Source of the DNA: a virus
Lineage: Duplodnaviria > Heunggongvirae > Uroviricota > Caudoviricetes
DNA length: 64,000 nucleotides
Direction: 5' to 3' (one strand)
Virus record (IMG/VR): IMGVR_UViG_3300028886_003642
Shown: in pieces, positions 25,726 to 36,500 of the stretch
Layout: every line of letters begins with the position of its first letter
How positions within the stretch are numbered: the stretch's first letter is position 1
Position numbers and translations under genes: made by a program
Notes under the pieces: model-generated
What the model was told of the DNA's origin: nothing
The model's input: the letters and a program-made list of their open reading frames with translations, nothing else
Databases searched by the model: none

Positions 25726-27435
25726 TTAATTCACCTCCAATGAGGTAATATTACAATTAATTATGTTACTGTATGGATATTCTGGAACATTAAAATTTGT
25801 GTCATATCTACAAACATTAGAAAATCTAAACTCATCAACATTCCATAATTTAGTACTTGTATTATATTGAATCATACAAAACACATTAAATGCTGTATTT
25901 GTTGAATAAAAACTACATGATCTTTGAGAAACTAATGTACCGTCAATAAATAAACTTCCATTACCATTTTTCCTAGTAAATGCAAAATGATGCCAATTTT
26001 CATCCATATAATCTATCATTGTAACACTATATATGTAATCATTTGATACTTCATGTCTACCTACCCTTAATTCTGTTCCATTATAAATATAAAAACTTAA
26101 TTGACCATAGCCATTTCCACAAAATATAGACAAAGATGTACCACTAAAACTACTATCAACAATCTTAAACCAAAATTCAATAGTAAAATCACTATTCAAT
26201 GCGCTATTTATAGCAGATATTAAACTGTTATCACTAATCATCATTGCATTAGCATTAGTATCATCATTTATATATAAACCTTTATCAAATTTTCCTGCAA
26301 CATACTCTATATTATAAGATGAATTAACTACTGGGTCTGCATAAGCTGTTTCGTTTATGACTGATTCATTGAAATGAATTACTACTAAATCATTAGAATC
26401 TATTAGATACCTTTTTCCTCCACCTTCAACATAAAAATCATCAAAATCTATTTCATCACTTACACCAATATCAATAGTAGACAATGTTTGTGTAGTTATT
26501 GGATATTCTTTATAATTATATAGTTTAGCTTTACTGTTTTCTATTTTTAGAAAATCACTTGTACCAGTATATGCTGACGCATTATTATAGTTTTCTAATG
26601 TTAATGTTACATTATCACTACCGCCAGTTTTCTTTAATACATCTATTGGAGGTTTACAATAATTACTATCCCCAACTTGTAATAGCATTTCATATGGAGC
26701 TACTACATTTGTTATTATTTTTTGTGCATACGTACTTGTAGAATTAAATGTAGTTCCTATTACATCCCATTCACTATCTACCCAAGTTGTTGATGTTGTA
26801 GTATTAGCTTTATACAGTACATTATTATTTATTACTAAATCTCCAGACGAATAGCTTGTTCCACTTGTCCATTCATCTATACTACCTCCACCACTGATGC
26901 TTGCTGAAATTTCAGTAAATTTTGTATCATCAAATGTAGATGAGCTTGTATGTGCCGTAGTACATCTATAAATCTTATCATTATATATAACAACATCATC
27001 TAATGCATAAGTTGTTGAAGATGACCAATAATCTAATCCTCCACCACCACCAGCACTGATTTCTGCCCATTTCGTATCATCAAATGTACTTGTTGATGTA
27101 TGTGCAGTACTGCATTTATAGATTTTATCATTATATACTACTTGGTCATTTAATGCATAATCAGTACTAGATGCCCAATAATCAATTCCTCTTTTGTCTA
27201 AGTCTACTCTTGTCCAAACAGCTGTTCCATCAGGTAATGTATCTCCTACATCTAATGCTGATACATCAGGTTTTGTAGTAGCAGTTGTTCCAGCTGTAGT
27301 ACATTTTAGAGTATTTCCATCATAATTTACAATATCATTTAAGATATATGCTGTACCTCTTTGCAGGAGTTTTATATGCTCTGCAAGTTCAGCATGATAA
27401 GCTTGTAAATTTTCATTTGTTACTAACTTGCTCAC
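25726..27435 (-). CDS. tail fibre protein with ~40-aa W..Y..GD.V.Y...Y.C.TAHTS..TFD..KW repeats (ChtBD3/CBM5_12-like) and C-terminal LamG-like domain
   Basis: Repeats such as WASSTDYALNDQVVYNDKIYKCSTAHTSTSTFDDTKWAEIS occur three times. C-terminal ...LVVIHFNE...FTIEFWFK... LamG-like. Confidence 0.55.
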   Translation of the reverse strand: MSKLVTNENLQAYHAELAEHIKLLQRGTAYILNDIVNYDGNTLKCTTAGTTATTKPDVSALDVGDTLPDGTAVWTRVDLDKRGIDYWASSTDYALNDQVVYNDKIYKCSTAHTSTSTFDDTKWAEISAGGGGGLDYWSSSTTYALDDVVIYNDKIYRCTTAHTSSSTFDDTKFTEISASISGGGSIDEWTSGTSYSSGDLVINNNVLYKANTTTSTTWVDSEWDVIGTTFNSTSTYAQKIITNVVAPYEMLLQVGDSNYCKPPIDVLKKTGGSDNVTLTLENYNNASAYTGTSDFLKIENSKAKLYNYKEYPITTQTLSTIDIGVSDEIDFDDFYVEGGGKRYLIDSNDLVVIHFNESVINETAYADPVVNSSYNIEYVAGKFDKGLYINDDTNANAMMISDNSLISAINSALNSDFTIEFWFKIVDSSFSGTSLSIFCGNGYGQLSFYIYNGTELRVGRHEVSNDYIYSVTMIDYMDENWHHFAFTRKNGNGSLFIDGTLVSQRSCSFYSTNTAFNVFCMIQYNTSTKLWNVDEFRFSNVCRYDTNFNVPEYPYSNIINCNITSLEVN

Positions 27436-28148
27436 AATACTGCCTCCCCAAATATACTTTCTATTAAGTCAGAATTATCTTCTATATCATATGTTAATTG
27501 TGTAAATTTTGTATCGTCAAAAGTACTAGTACTGGTGTGTGCTGTATCACATCTATAAATGCAATCTTGATACATTACTATGTCATCAACTGCATAATCA
27601 GTAGAAGATTGCCACTCACTTATTCCATTTTCACTAGCACTTACTTCTGCCCATTTTGTTGTATCAAAAGTAGAAGTTGCTGTATGTGCAGTTGTACATT
27701 GATATATATTTCCACTATATATTACTATATCTCCAACATCATAACTTTCTCCAATAGTATAAAAATCTATACCTTTATTGCCGATTAAAGTCCATTTACT
27801 TGCATCAGCTGTAAATGTAGTTGAAGTATGATTAGTATTACATTGATATATATTATTATCATGTATTACTAAATCACCTACAGAATATGTAGTTCCTGTA
27901 GCCCAATCTGAAATAGTTGTACCTCCGCTACCACCAACTAAGTCAAATTTTGTAGAATCAAAAGTTGTAGTTGAAGTATGCTCTGTTTTACATCTATAAA
28001 ATTTTCCATCTTGTATTACAGTATATCCTACTTTATATTTTTTATTGGCTTGCCAATTATTTAATGGTAAGCCATTTGATTTTAGATTATCGTGAAATCT
28101 TGATAATCTATCTAAGTCTATTACTTTTTCATCAGGCAAATTTCTCAC
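27432..28148 (-). CDS. fibre-repeat protein (four HTS-repeats); start probably TTG at 28139 after RBS GAGGTG
   Basis: YRCKTEHTSTTTFDSTKF, YQCNTNHTSTTFTADASKW, YQCTTAHTATSTFDTTKW, YRCDTAHTSTSTFDDTKF. Confidence 0.5.
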   Translation of the reverse strand: MRNLPDEKVIDLDRLSRFHDNLKSNGLPLNNWQANKKYKVGYTVIQDGKFYRCKTEHTSTTTFDSTKFDLVGGSGGTTISDWATGTTYSVGDLVIHDNNIYQCNTNHTSTTFTADASKWTLIGNKGIDFYTIGESYDVGDIVIYSGNIYQCTTAHTATSTFDTTKWAEVSASENGISEWQSSTDYAVDDIVMYQDCIYRCDTAHTSTSTFDDTKFTQLTYDIEDNSDLIESIFGEAVL

Positions 28149-28191
28149 CTCGTTTCTGTGTATAAATAAAAAAGCTCAATCCATACTATAT

Positions 28192-28224
28192 CTAGTATAG
28201 CATAAATTGAGCCATCTGTCAAGT
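28192..28224 (-). promoter_or_regulatory. sigma70-type promoter (-35 TTGACA at 28217-28222, 17 bp, -10 TATACT at 28194-28199), nested between the arms of a terminator hairpin (GCTCAAT at 28174-28180 / ATTGAGC at 28206-28212)
   Basis: Minus-strand reading gacTTGACAgatggctcaatttatgcTATACTag. On the minus strand the hairpin is followed by TTTTTTATTTAT. Confidence 0.5.
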
Positions 28225-28225
28225 C

Positions 28226-28654
28226 TTAATTAAACATATCGTCAATATCTTGATTGTCAGCAATAGTAATATTATCACCAGTAATTCTTACCCAATTAGC
28301 AGAATCATTACTGAAATCACTAACATCTGATGTATGAGCAGTAATACATCTCCAAAGCGCATAATTAGCAAGCACTATATCATCTACTTGATATTGAGTA
28401 GAACCTGCCCATTCTGTTATTACTACTCCACTATATGCATTGGAACTCAAAATCTCGAACTTGTCATTGTCAAAAACTGTATTTGCAGTATGTGCTACTG
28501 TGCATCTGTATAATTCACCATTATGAACTACAATGTATCCAATTTTATATGCGTTACCAGTTGTCCAATCATTTAATGGCAAGCCTTTTTGTTTCAGATT
28601 GTCATGAAATCTTGCAAGTTTGACTTTATCTATCAAATCATCATAAACAGCCAT
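28226..28654 (-). CDS. fibre-repeat protein (two HTS-type repeats, 142 aa)
   Basis: YRCTVAHTANTVFDNDKF and WRCITAHTSDVSDFSNDSANW. Same N-terminal DK.KLARFHDNLK..GLPLN.W motif as 27432..28148. Confidence 0.5.
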   Translation of the reverse strand: MAVYDDLIDKVKLARFHDNLKQKGLPLNDWTTGNAYKIGYIVVHNGELYRCTVAHTANTVFDNDKFEILSSNAYSGVVITEWAGSTQYQVDDIVLANYALWRCITAHTSDVSDFSNDSANWVRITGDNITIADNQDIDDMFN

Positions 28655-28668
28655 TTACCTCCCCTCCA

Positions 28669-28866
28669 TTACTTAAAAATATCATCTACTTCTTCATCTG
28701 TTGCTATATCTGCAAATGGTTCTAAATCCTCTCCATCTCGTATTGCGTGAATGTATGAATATGGAGTTACTATTTGCAGATGATCTAGTGCTTCTCTAAC
28801 AATAATGTACTCATCTTTTACATTTTTATAAACACTCCAACGGTTACGAGGCTCCATTACCACCAC
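28669..28866 (-). CDS. hypothetical acidic protein (65 aa)
   Basis: ORF in track. Confidence 0.3.
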   Translation of the reverse strand: MVVMEPRNRWSVYKNVKDEYIIVREALDHLQIVTPYSYIHAIRDGEDLEPFADIATDEEVDDIFK

Positions 28867-28871
28867 CCTCT

Positions 28872-29444
28872 TTATAAAAACATAGCGTCAATATCATCAT
28901 CACTAGCAATACTAATTTCTCCCATAGCTACATCTACCAGTGTGCTAAAACTGATTTTATAATCCCCATTAGCTATTATATCATACTTATTATTAGCTAT
29001 TACAAAAAGATCTTTTATTTCTATTTCTTTATCTCTTTTCATCTCAGCAATATATACTGCAACACCTATATTTCCTTGCCAATTTGTAAAATCAACGTCA
29101 TTTAATTTACCTAATGGCATTCCTCTTGCAAAATCTCTTAACATCACAAATTCACCATTTAAATAAACATAATAATGTTTAAGGTCATTAGTTAATGCAA
29201 ATCTTACTTCTGCATTTAGTTTATCTGAAATATTTTCTGTTACATTTAGTACATTTTGTCTTAAATACAACTTTCTAGGAAGAATTAAAAAATCATCATG
29301 TATACCTATTGATTTTACTCTATGACCAAAATTATCATCAAAAGTTAAGGTTTTTATTGCTCCTAAATCTTCTAAGGAGTCAACTTCTATTTTTTCATAT
29401 CCTCCACCAATAAGTACATCTTCTATTTCATCTGGCAAAACCAT
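28872..29444 (-). CDS. hypothetical protein (190 aa)
   Basis: ORF after the promoter at 29514-29546. Confidence 0.45.
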   Translation of the reverse strand: MVLPDEIEDVLIGGGYEKIEVDSLEDLGAIKTLTFDDNFGHRVKSIGIHDDFLILPRKLYLRQNVLNVTENISDKLNAEVRFALTNDLKHYYVYLNGEFVMLRDFARGMPLGKLNDVDFTNWQGNIGVAVYIAEMKRDKEIEIKDLFVIANNKYDIIANGDYKISFSTLVDVAMGEISIASDDDIDAMFL

Positions 29445-29513
29445 TATGTTTCACCCCATATATAAATAAAAGCCCAACCAAAAGGTTAGGCTTATTTCCT
29501 GTCCTCTCTAATT

Positions 29514-29546
29514 ATATTATACCATAATTAAAACATTTTGTCAAAT
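29514..29546 (-). promoter_or_regulatory. sigma70-type promoter (-35 TTGACA at 29539-29544, 17 bp, extended -10 TGGTATAAT at 29516-29524)
   Basis: Minus-strand reading aatTTGACAaaatgttttaattaTGGTATAATataatt. Confidence 0.55.
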
Positions 29547-29773
29547 TATTCTCCATCCTCAGTAGGCTCTTCAGGATTTGTGATTGGTTCTTCTGGTTCA
29601 GTAGTAGGCTCTTCACTACCACCGCTACTTTCTGGCGTATACTCATAAGTATCATCACCAATTTTTACACCAGAACTATATTTAGAAGTATTTACAGTAT
29701 ATTTACCTGTTAATGCATCTTTTTCTACGTGTGCTTCTATTGCACCTTTATAACTCTTTAAATCAGTTGCCAT
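29546..29773 (-). CDS. hypothetical protein with acidic PE/PT-rich C-terminus (75 aa)
   Basis: ...GGSEEPTTEPEEPITNPEEPTEDGE. Confidence 0.4.
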   Translation of the reverse strand: MATDLKSYKGAIEAHVEKDALTGKYTVNTSKYSSGVKIGDDTYEYTPESSGGSEEPTTEPEEPITNPEEPTEDGE

Positions 29774-29788
29774 GTTATCATTCCTCCA

Positions 29789-32700
29789 TTAGTTAAACAA
29801 ATTATCTATATCTGAATTAGTAGCATATATTAAATCACCACTACCACCAGAACTTATTTTTATCCATTTATCACTATCACCATAAACAGTAAAATCAGTT
29901 AAATGTGCATTTGGTGAAACTGCTCCAACATCTATATTTACTGAGTCTACAGTTAACTTTATATATTTAGCATTTACTGCATCTTCTGTCCAATTTTCAT
30001 ATGTAATATTATCTATACTTGTTTCTATTGTATATGTAAATGACATTTCAGAAGTAGATTCTGTATAATCTATGTCTGTTATATGCTTAACTGAACCTAA
30101 ATCTATTATTTCTGAATATGGTAATGTAATAGTATCATCTACGTCTATTACATTATCTGATGCTTCGTATATTTTAGCATCTGTTGGCGGCTCATCTGCT
30201 ATACTTTCATGTGTTATTAAAGATTTCCACAATCCATCTCTATAAGATACAACTTGGTCTTTTAAGTACAGTTTATCTACTGCCCAATCTTTTACTAACC
30301 AGTTTGTATCTAATACTTGCCATTTAGAAATATCTCCTAAAAATGTACCTGATGTATGTGCTGTAATACACCTATATGTCTGATTATCATATATTACATT
30401 ATTGCCTACAACATAATAAGTATCAGTTTCCCACAATTGTATATTAGCAGAACTTACTTCTACCCACTTAGATTTATCGAATTGAACATCATTATTATCC
30501 TCTAATGCTATGTATATTTTATCTTCATATACTACTAAATCATCTTTTTTATAACCTTCATAATTTGGATTTTGAAATGGCTCAGTTGGTATATCAAAGT
30601 CATCTATATATTTTTCTCCCTTAGTAATAAGAAGTTCATCAATACCAAATACTCCATGGTCACGCTGACTATGTCTATCCCCCATAGACAAATATATAGG
30701 CAAACTATCTGCTCTTGTAGACGTAGACTCTTTTTTACCATTAATAAATGTAGTACATTTTGTTGGCGAAATAACAAATGCCATATGATTCCACACCCCA
30801 CCAACAAAATTAGTTGGCACAAATTCATAAGGAGAACTATAAAACACCTTCAATCCTTGATACATTGGGAAAGTAATAACTCCCCCTATATTTCCAATAC
30901 TAACATGGGCATTCTCACTAAATCCCCTATCTGTAGCAACTATCCAGAATTCTATAGTATATACCTCATCATTCTGAAAACTATACTGTGGGCTAGAAAT
31001 ATTACCATATCTACCACATAAATCTATTCCTGACCCAAACTTCCCTTCTCCAAGAGCTGGATTATCAGAAATACCAAAGTTATCCCCATATTCATTATAC
31101 CCTTTATCATTTGGATTATCAAAATGCAATAAAGCTAATACATTTGGGTCTGGTGCTCCCCTCCACATTTCTATACTACACTTATTTACTTGTCTCCATT
31201 TAGCCCTTTCAAATGCAATATCATTATTAGCAACTGTACAAATATACAACTGGTCTTCATATATTACAGTATCTCCAACTTTATATGTAGTTCCACTTAC
31301 CCATTGTCTTATATTAGCACTTAGTGGTTCCCAATCAGCTTTATCTAATTCAAATGTTCCAAGTGATGTATGTGCTGTTGTACATTTATATGGTGTATTA
31401 TTATAAAGTACAACTTCACCTTCTAAATAATAGGTATTAATTACCCAATCTTTAACTTGCCACTTTGTATCTAATATGTCCCAGTTAGCTATGTCTGTAT
31501 AAAAATCACTACTATCTGAAGTATGTAATGTTTTACATCTATATATTTGATTATCTTTTATTACAACATTTCCAACTTTATAATCTGTAGATGATTGCCA
31601 TAAGCCAATATCAGCAGAGCTTATTTCATCCCATTTTGTTGGATCAAATGTACTGCCACTTGTATGTGCTGTATTACATTTGTATATTTTATTATTATAT
31701 ATAACTACATTTGAAGTAGTATATGCTTCATTTGCTCTCCATATATCTATTCCAGTACTACCAATAGCATCCCAATAAGCAATATCAGTATTAAAAGAGG
31801 TTGAATCAGATGTATGGTCTGTATTACATCTATATAATTTATTATCATGTATTACTAATTGACCAATTTCATAGTCGGTAGAAGGTGTCCATGTACTTAT
31901 TTCGTTTATTGTTGGCGAAAGTTCTTCCCAATTTAGTTCTTCTGTAGCATCCCAAGTACTTTCAGAAGTATGTGGAGTAGTACACCTAAAAATTTTAGCA
32001 TCATGAGATACTAAATCTCCAATAACATAGTCCTTATTTGCTTCCCAATTTGGTATTCTAGTAATACATGCACTTATTTCATTCCACTTATCAGAATCAG
32101 CATTAAATGTTGCTCCAGACGTATGTGCAGTAGTACACTGATATATCTTATTTGCATATACTACTACATCTCCAACAATATAATCAGTATTTTGTTCCCA
32201 TTGATCTAATCCACCGCCACTTACTTTTTGCCAATTAGAAATAGTAAAATTAGTATCATTATTTGCTGTAATACATTTATATAGAATACCATTATAATTT
32301 ACATACTGACCTACTACATAATCACGACTACCTACCCAATCGTTTATTGAGTCTGTAAGTAAATCCCATTTAGCAATAGTAAATGAAGCATCATTATTTG
32401 TAGTATTACATCTATATAAATTACCATTATGTCTTACCAGTTGATTTTGGTAGTAGTGTGTACTACCTACCCAATCTCTAACATACCCATTTGGATCATG
32501 CAATAATTGCCATTTTAAATAATCAAAATTTGCTCCTGATACATGTGGGTCTATACATTTATATAACACATTATTGTAATAAACAACCACATCTTGATCA
32601 TACCACGCATTACTTGTCCATGGAATAATACTTGCAAATACTGGCTCCCACTTTAATGTATCATCAGTAAATACACCACTTGAAGTATGAGTTTCAACTG

Positions 32701-33424
32701 CTCTATATAATAAACCATTTTTAGTTATTAATTGATCTTTTAAATAATTTGTTACACTATGCCATTCTGAAGCTCTAGCTAAATTACCTACAATATCCCA
32801 ATAAGGAACTTCTCCAGCATTTGTAAATGTGCTTGCAGAAGTATGATCTGCATTACATTTATATATTACATTATTTACTATTACTGTATCATCTTCATAG
32901 TAAAATTTATTCAGTACCCATGGTCTAATACTTGCATATATCTCTTGCCACTTTGACTTATCTGGCTCAAATGTACCAGAAGCTGTATGATTTACTTTTG
33001 CCCTATACAAAGCATTTGCATATATTACAATATCTCCACGAGAATAAATCTCACCACCAAGCCAAATCATTATGGGGGCAGAATTATCTGTAGCCTCAGT
33101 TAATGACATTACTTTCCAAGTAACTGATCCTTCTGTTAATACTGAACCAGTAACATTATTTCCTGGCTCTATACCACCACTTGTACCACCAGTTATACAT
33201 TTAGCATATTGATGTGATTTCATATTAGGCCATCTTACCACATCATTAGCTATATAAGTAGTATTTTCTTCCCACTCTGTCCAATGTAAAGCAGTTTGTA
33301 GATGGTCTATACCCAATACTTTTGAGTCAATATCGTCCAATATGTTATTAAAAGTATCTGAAATAAAATAATCTGTAGGCTGTACTTTAATTATATTTAA
33401 CTTTTCTGTATGTGTTGCAGACAA
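29789..33424 (-). CDS. giant tail fibre / receptor-binding protein (1211 aa) with roughly 14 or more HTS-type ~40-aa repeats, a LamG-like domain and a C-terminal head
   Basis: Repeats Y.C.TAHTSG.TF..DKW.EIS recur through residues ~100-720. Then ...LALLHFDNPNDKGYNEYGDNFG...YTIEFWIV... LamG-like. Directly downstream of the gpJ-like gene and the promoter at 33473-33505. Confidence 0.6.
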   Translation of the reverse strand: MSATHTEKLNIIKVQPTDYFISDTFNNILDDIDSKVLGIDHLQTALHWTEWEENTTYIANDVVRWPNMKSHQYAKCITGGTSGGIEPGNNVTGSVLTEGSVTWKVMSLTEATDNSAPIMIWLGGEIYSRGDIVIYANALYRAKVNHTASGTFEPDKSKWQEIYASIRPWVLNKFYYEDDTVIVNNVIYKCNADHTSASTFTNAGEVPYWDIVGNLARASEWHSVTNYLKDQLITKNGLLYRAVETHTSSGVFTDDTLKWEPVFASIIPWTSNAWYDQDVVVYYNNVLYKCIDPHVSGANFDYLKWQLLHDPNGYVRDWVGSTHYYQNQLVRHNGNLYRCNTTNNDASFTIAKWDLLTDSINDWVGSRDYVVGQYVNYNGILYKCITANNDTNFTISNWQKVSGGGLDQWEQNTDYIVGDVVVYANKIYQCTTAHTSGATFNADSDKWNEISACITRIPNWEANKDYVIGDLVSHDAKIFRCTTPHTSESTWDATEELNWEELSPTINEISTWTPSTDYEIGQLVIHDNKLYRCNTDHTSDSTSFNTDIAYWDAIGSTGIDIWRANEAYTTSNVVIYNNKIYKCNTAHTSGSTFDPTKWDEISSADIGLWQSSTDYKVGNVVIKDNQIYRCKTLHTSDSSDFYTDIANWDILDTKWQVKDWVINTYYLEGEVVLYNNTPYKCTTAHTSLGTFELDKADWEPLSANIRQWVSGTTYKVGDTVIYEDQLYICTVANNDIAFERAKWRQVNKCSIEMWRGAPDPNVLALLHFDNPNDKGYNEYGDNFGISDNPALGEGKFGSGIDLCGRYGNISSPQYSFQNDEVYTIEFWIVATDRGFSENAHVSIGNIGGVITFPMYQGLKVFYSSPYEFVPTNFVGGVWNHMAFVISPTKCTTFINGKKESTSTRADSLPIYLSMGDRHSQRDHGVFGIDELLITKGEKYIDDFDIPTEPFQNPNYEGYKKDDLVVYEDKIYIALEDNNDVQFDKSKWVEVSSANIQLWETDTYYVVGNNVIYDNQTYRCITAHTSGTFLGDISKWQVLDTNWLVKDWAVDKLYLKDQVVSYRDGLWKSLITHESIADEPPTDAKIYEASDNVIDVDDTITLPYSEIIDLGSVKHITDIDYTESTSEMSFTYTIETSIDNITYENWTEDAVNAKYIKLTVDSVNIDVGAVSPNAHLTDFTVYGDSDKWIKISSGGSGDLIYATNSDIDNLFN

Positions 33425-33472
33425 GCTTTCTCACCGCCTTTACAAAAAAAAATAAATCCGCAATCTCTACCT

Positions 33473-33505
33473 TTATTATACCACAAAAGGGCTAATTTGT
33501 CAAGT
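33473..33505 (-). promoter_or_regulatory. sigma70-type promoter (-35 TTGACA at 33498-33503, 17 bp, extended -10 TGTGGTATAAT), nested inside a terminator hairpin (AAATCCGC at 33453-33460 / GCGGATTT at 33510-33517)
   Basis: Minus-strand reading ctacTTGACAaattagcccttttGTGGTATAATaaagg. The hairpin is followed by ATTTTTTTTGT on the minus strand. Confidence 0.55.
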
Positions 33506-33527
33506 AGAAAGCGGATTTACTTACTAA

Positions 33528-36500
33528 TTATGTTTCACCATAAAGCTGAGTTTCATACCAATTACTATTTCTATATCTATAGTACCTTCTATTAACACCT
33601 TCAGCCCTAGTAAAATCATTTTGTAATACATATTCTTCTTTTAACTCTATTTCATGAATTACTGCATCATTATCACCATTAGCACCATCTACTCTATATG
33701 CTTTAGTTGAAGGAATATATCTAACACCATCTTGACCTGTAATGCCACTTAAATCTGTAGTAGTACTATCAGCGACTAAAATTAAAGGTGCATCTTCAAA
33801 TGTCATAGTAGAAAATTCTACGTAAGTAGACTCAGGTATTTCAATATGTGTTGCAGTAACAATACTATCAGCATACGTTTTTGCCATTTGATCTACGTCA
33901 TCACCATCTTGTGGATATATAATACCAACAACTCTAGGTACATGATATATTAGATGTTTATCATAATGGTCAAATGAGTATAAATCTTTTTGTTTATTAT
34001 AAGAACCAATTTCCAATTGAACATCACTAACTCTTTGAAGTCTATTCCCCATCTGCACACAAAATTCATTCCAGAATAGTGTAATATCAGTTGGGAACTC
34101 TTTTGTAACATTTCCATCATCATCAGTTACTTCAACAACAGCGTCATATTTAAATTCAAACTCTTTTTCATTACAAGTACATTTAATATAGTATTGTGTA
34201 GTATCTTCTGGTTCAGCATCATTTTCATTATTATGCACATTTATATTATCAGACTGATTAAACTTATTTCTTAGATTATATGTAAAGTTTATATCATGCC
34301 CAAATATAGTACCTGCTGGATAATTATAATTATAAACTGTTTTATCTCCACGCTCAGCAGCAAATTTAAGATTAGCCATGGGAGATGGACATTCACTTCT
34401 GCGTTTAGTGTAAAATGTTACTATATCATCTATATTAAACTGCTCTTCTTCATCTACCGTACCAGACCTAAGTTCATACTGCTCATCTGCAAAATTACCT
34501 TCTGTAGCTACTCTCTTATCATCAACCTGCAATTCATAATCCAAAAAATAAACTTTAGAATATGCTGGATGATCTCTTGGTATAGTATCATATACACCAT
34601 GAATTACATTTGTTAGCGTATAATGACCATTAGGTAATTTAATCATTGTATCATATGTTAGTATCTCACCGTCAATTACCATCATATTTCTATTAGATTT
34701 ATTTGTATATACAGATGGATAATCTAATATTTTTTGACATTTATCATCAAACAAATCTCTTGCTTGAGCACCAATAACTTCTATCTCAAACCCAGTATTA
34801 TCTTCATCATAAATTTCTTTCGTACCATATACTAATTGAGCTACCATTGACCAATCATTAGTTCGTGTTCTTCTAGCATATTCTGTTCCAGTATATCTAT
34901 AATTAACATAATAATCATCATCATTTGTAGGTCTAGCAGCATAAGCATTAACATAAGTATCCAAAGATTTAGTCCATTCATACGGCATTTCCATATACAT
35001 ATAGTACTGGATTGATGACGCATATTTTTTAGGATTAGTCCATTCTGGTACTTCTGCATAAGCATACCTTGTATTTTCAAATCCATATATATCTTCAATT
35101 GCAGTTACCTTTATAGCATTAGCTGTAAGAGTAGCATAATCTATATCTGTAACTCTATATATTTGATTATCTATTCCATATGACAACCAATGTACTATTA
35201 TTGGATCACCAAGACCAATATCATGACCAAACCTATTTGTAGTAAACTCTACTGTAGATAATGGATAACCAGAAGCTAATTGTGAGATTTTTGCTAACCA
35301 ACCAGCGTTCTTAGGTACAGTATAATAAACTCCCTCAACTGAAGACTCTTTATAAGATCTTGTTATAAATCTATTGGCCACATCTTGGTATATTACTGTA
35401 CCATCAACATATTTATTAGAAGCATGAGTAAATGAAACAGTTGTTGCTGAAGATGTTTCTGACCAATCTAATCTTGTAAATTTCATGCTTTCACAATTAC
35501 TTGGGTTAAAAATAGGCAATGTACTTGGGTCATAATCACCACGAATAAGCTTAAATGTAAGTCTACCTGTATACGGATTATCATACATTATACCATTTAT
35601 ATGATTTAATATCTTTTGAATATATGAACCAGCCTGTGCTTCTGATGTAATTAAGCATGATACACCTAGTCTTTCTTCCTCACAAGTTATGCCTAATTGC
35701 AATAAACTCTGTGCATCTATATCTGTTATTCTATCATAATTACATCCCCATAAATCATTTGTAAGAATTGCATAGATTGCCTCTGCTGGGTTCAAATCTT
35801 CATCCAATTTCCCTAAATGCCAAACACCATTATCAAGAAGCGTGTCTAAAGGATCTACTAAAGAAGCTACCTCATCTCTATTTGTTTGAGGATAATTATC
35901 TCTAACTGCATCCGCAGCATCCCTTAACGCTTGGAAAGTTTCTTCTGTTTTCTCATGAGCTTCATCTGCTTCTTGTTTTGCTTTATCATATTCTTCTTGT
36001 GCATCAGTAATTACTTGCTGATCTCCACTACGTTCAGCTTCTTCCAGTCTTTCTCTAGCTCTATCCATTACATCTATTTTTAACTGTTCTGCTTTATAAT
36101 AAGCGTCATATTCTCCTTTAGCTTCCCGCAATTCTTTTGTATAATCTTCCATATAAGTTTGTACTGATTGGTCTTGATTAGATATATATGCTAAAATATT
36201 ATCAACTAGCTCACCTATACGTTTAGAATATAGACCAAATAAATCTGACTTAAATTCTTCATATAACTTTGTTGGATAGTTTACTACCTCAAACCACATT
36301 TCTGGCATAGTTGACTGTTTACCAATATACGCACCATCAACTTTATTTCTATCAGATACTACACAAGTTAAAAACATCGGATATCTTGGAGTCAATCCCC
36401 TCAAATCTTCCTCTATAGTATCTGCTTTCATTTCATTTACCATCCATGAGTCTTTTGGTTGTTCATAAGTACCAAAATAAAACCTTACTTCCCCAATAAA

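Noticed and set aside
25726-33424. Possibility of a diversity-generating retroelement acting on the repeat-rich fibre genes
   Set aside because: No reverse transcriptase ORF, template repeat or Avd-like gene is visible in the window. The repeats are in-protein tandem modules, not a VR/TR pair.
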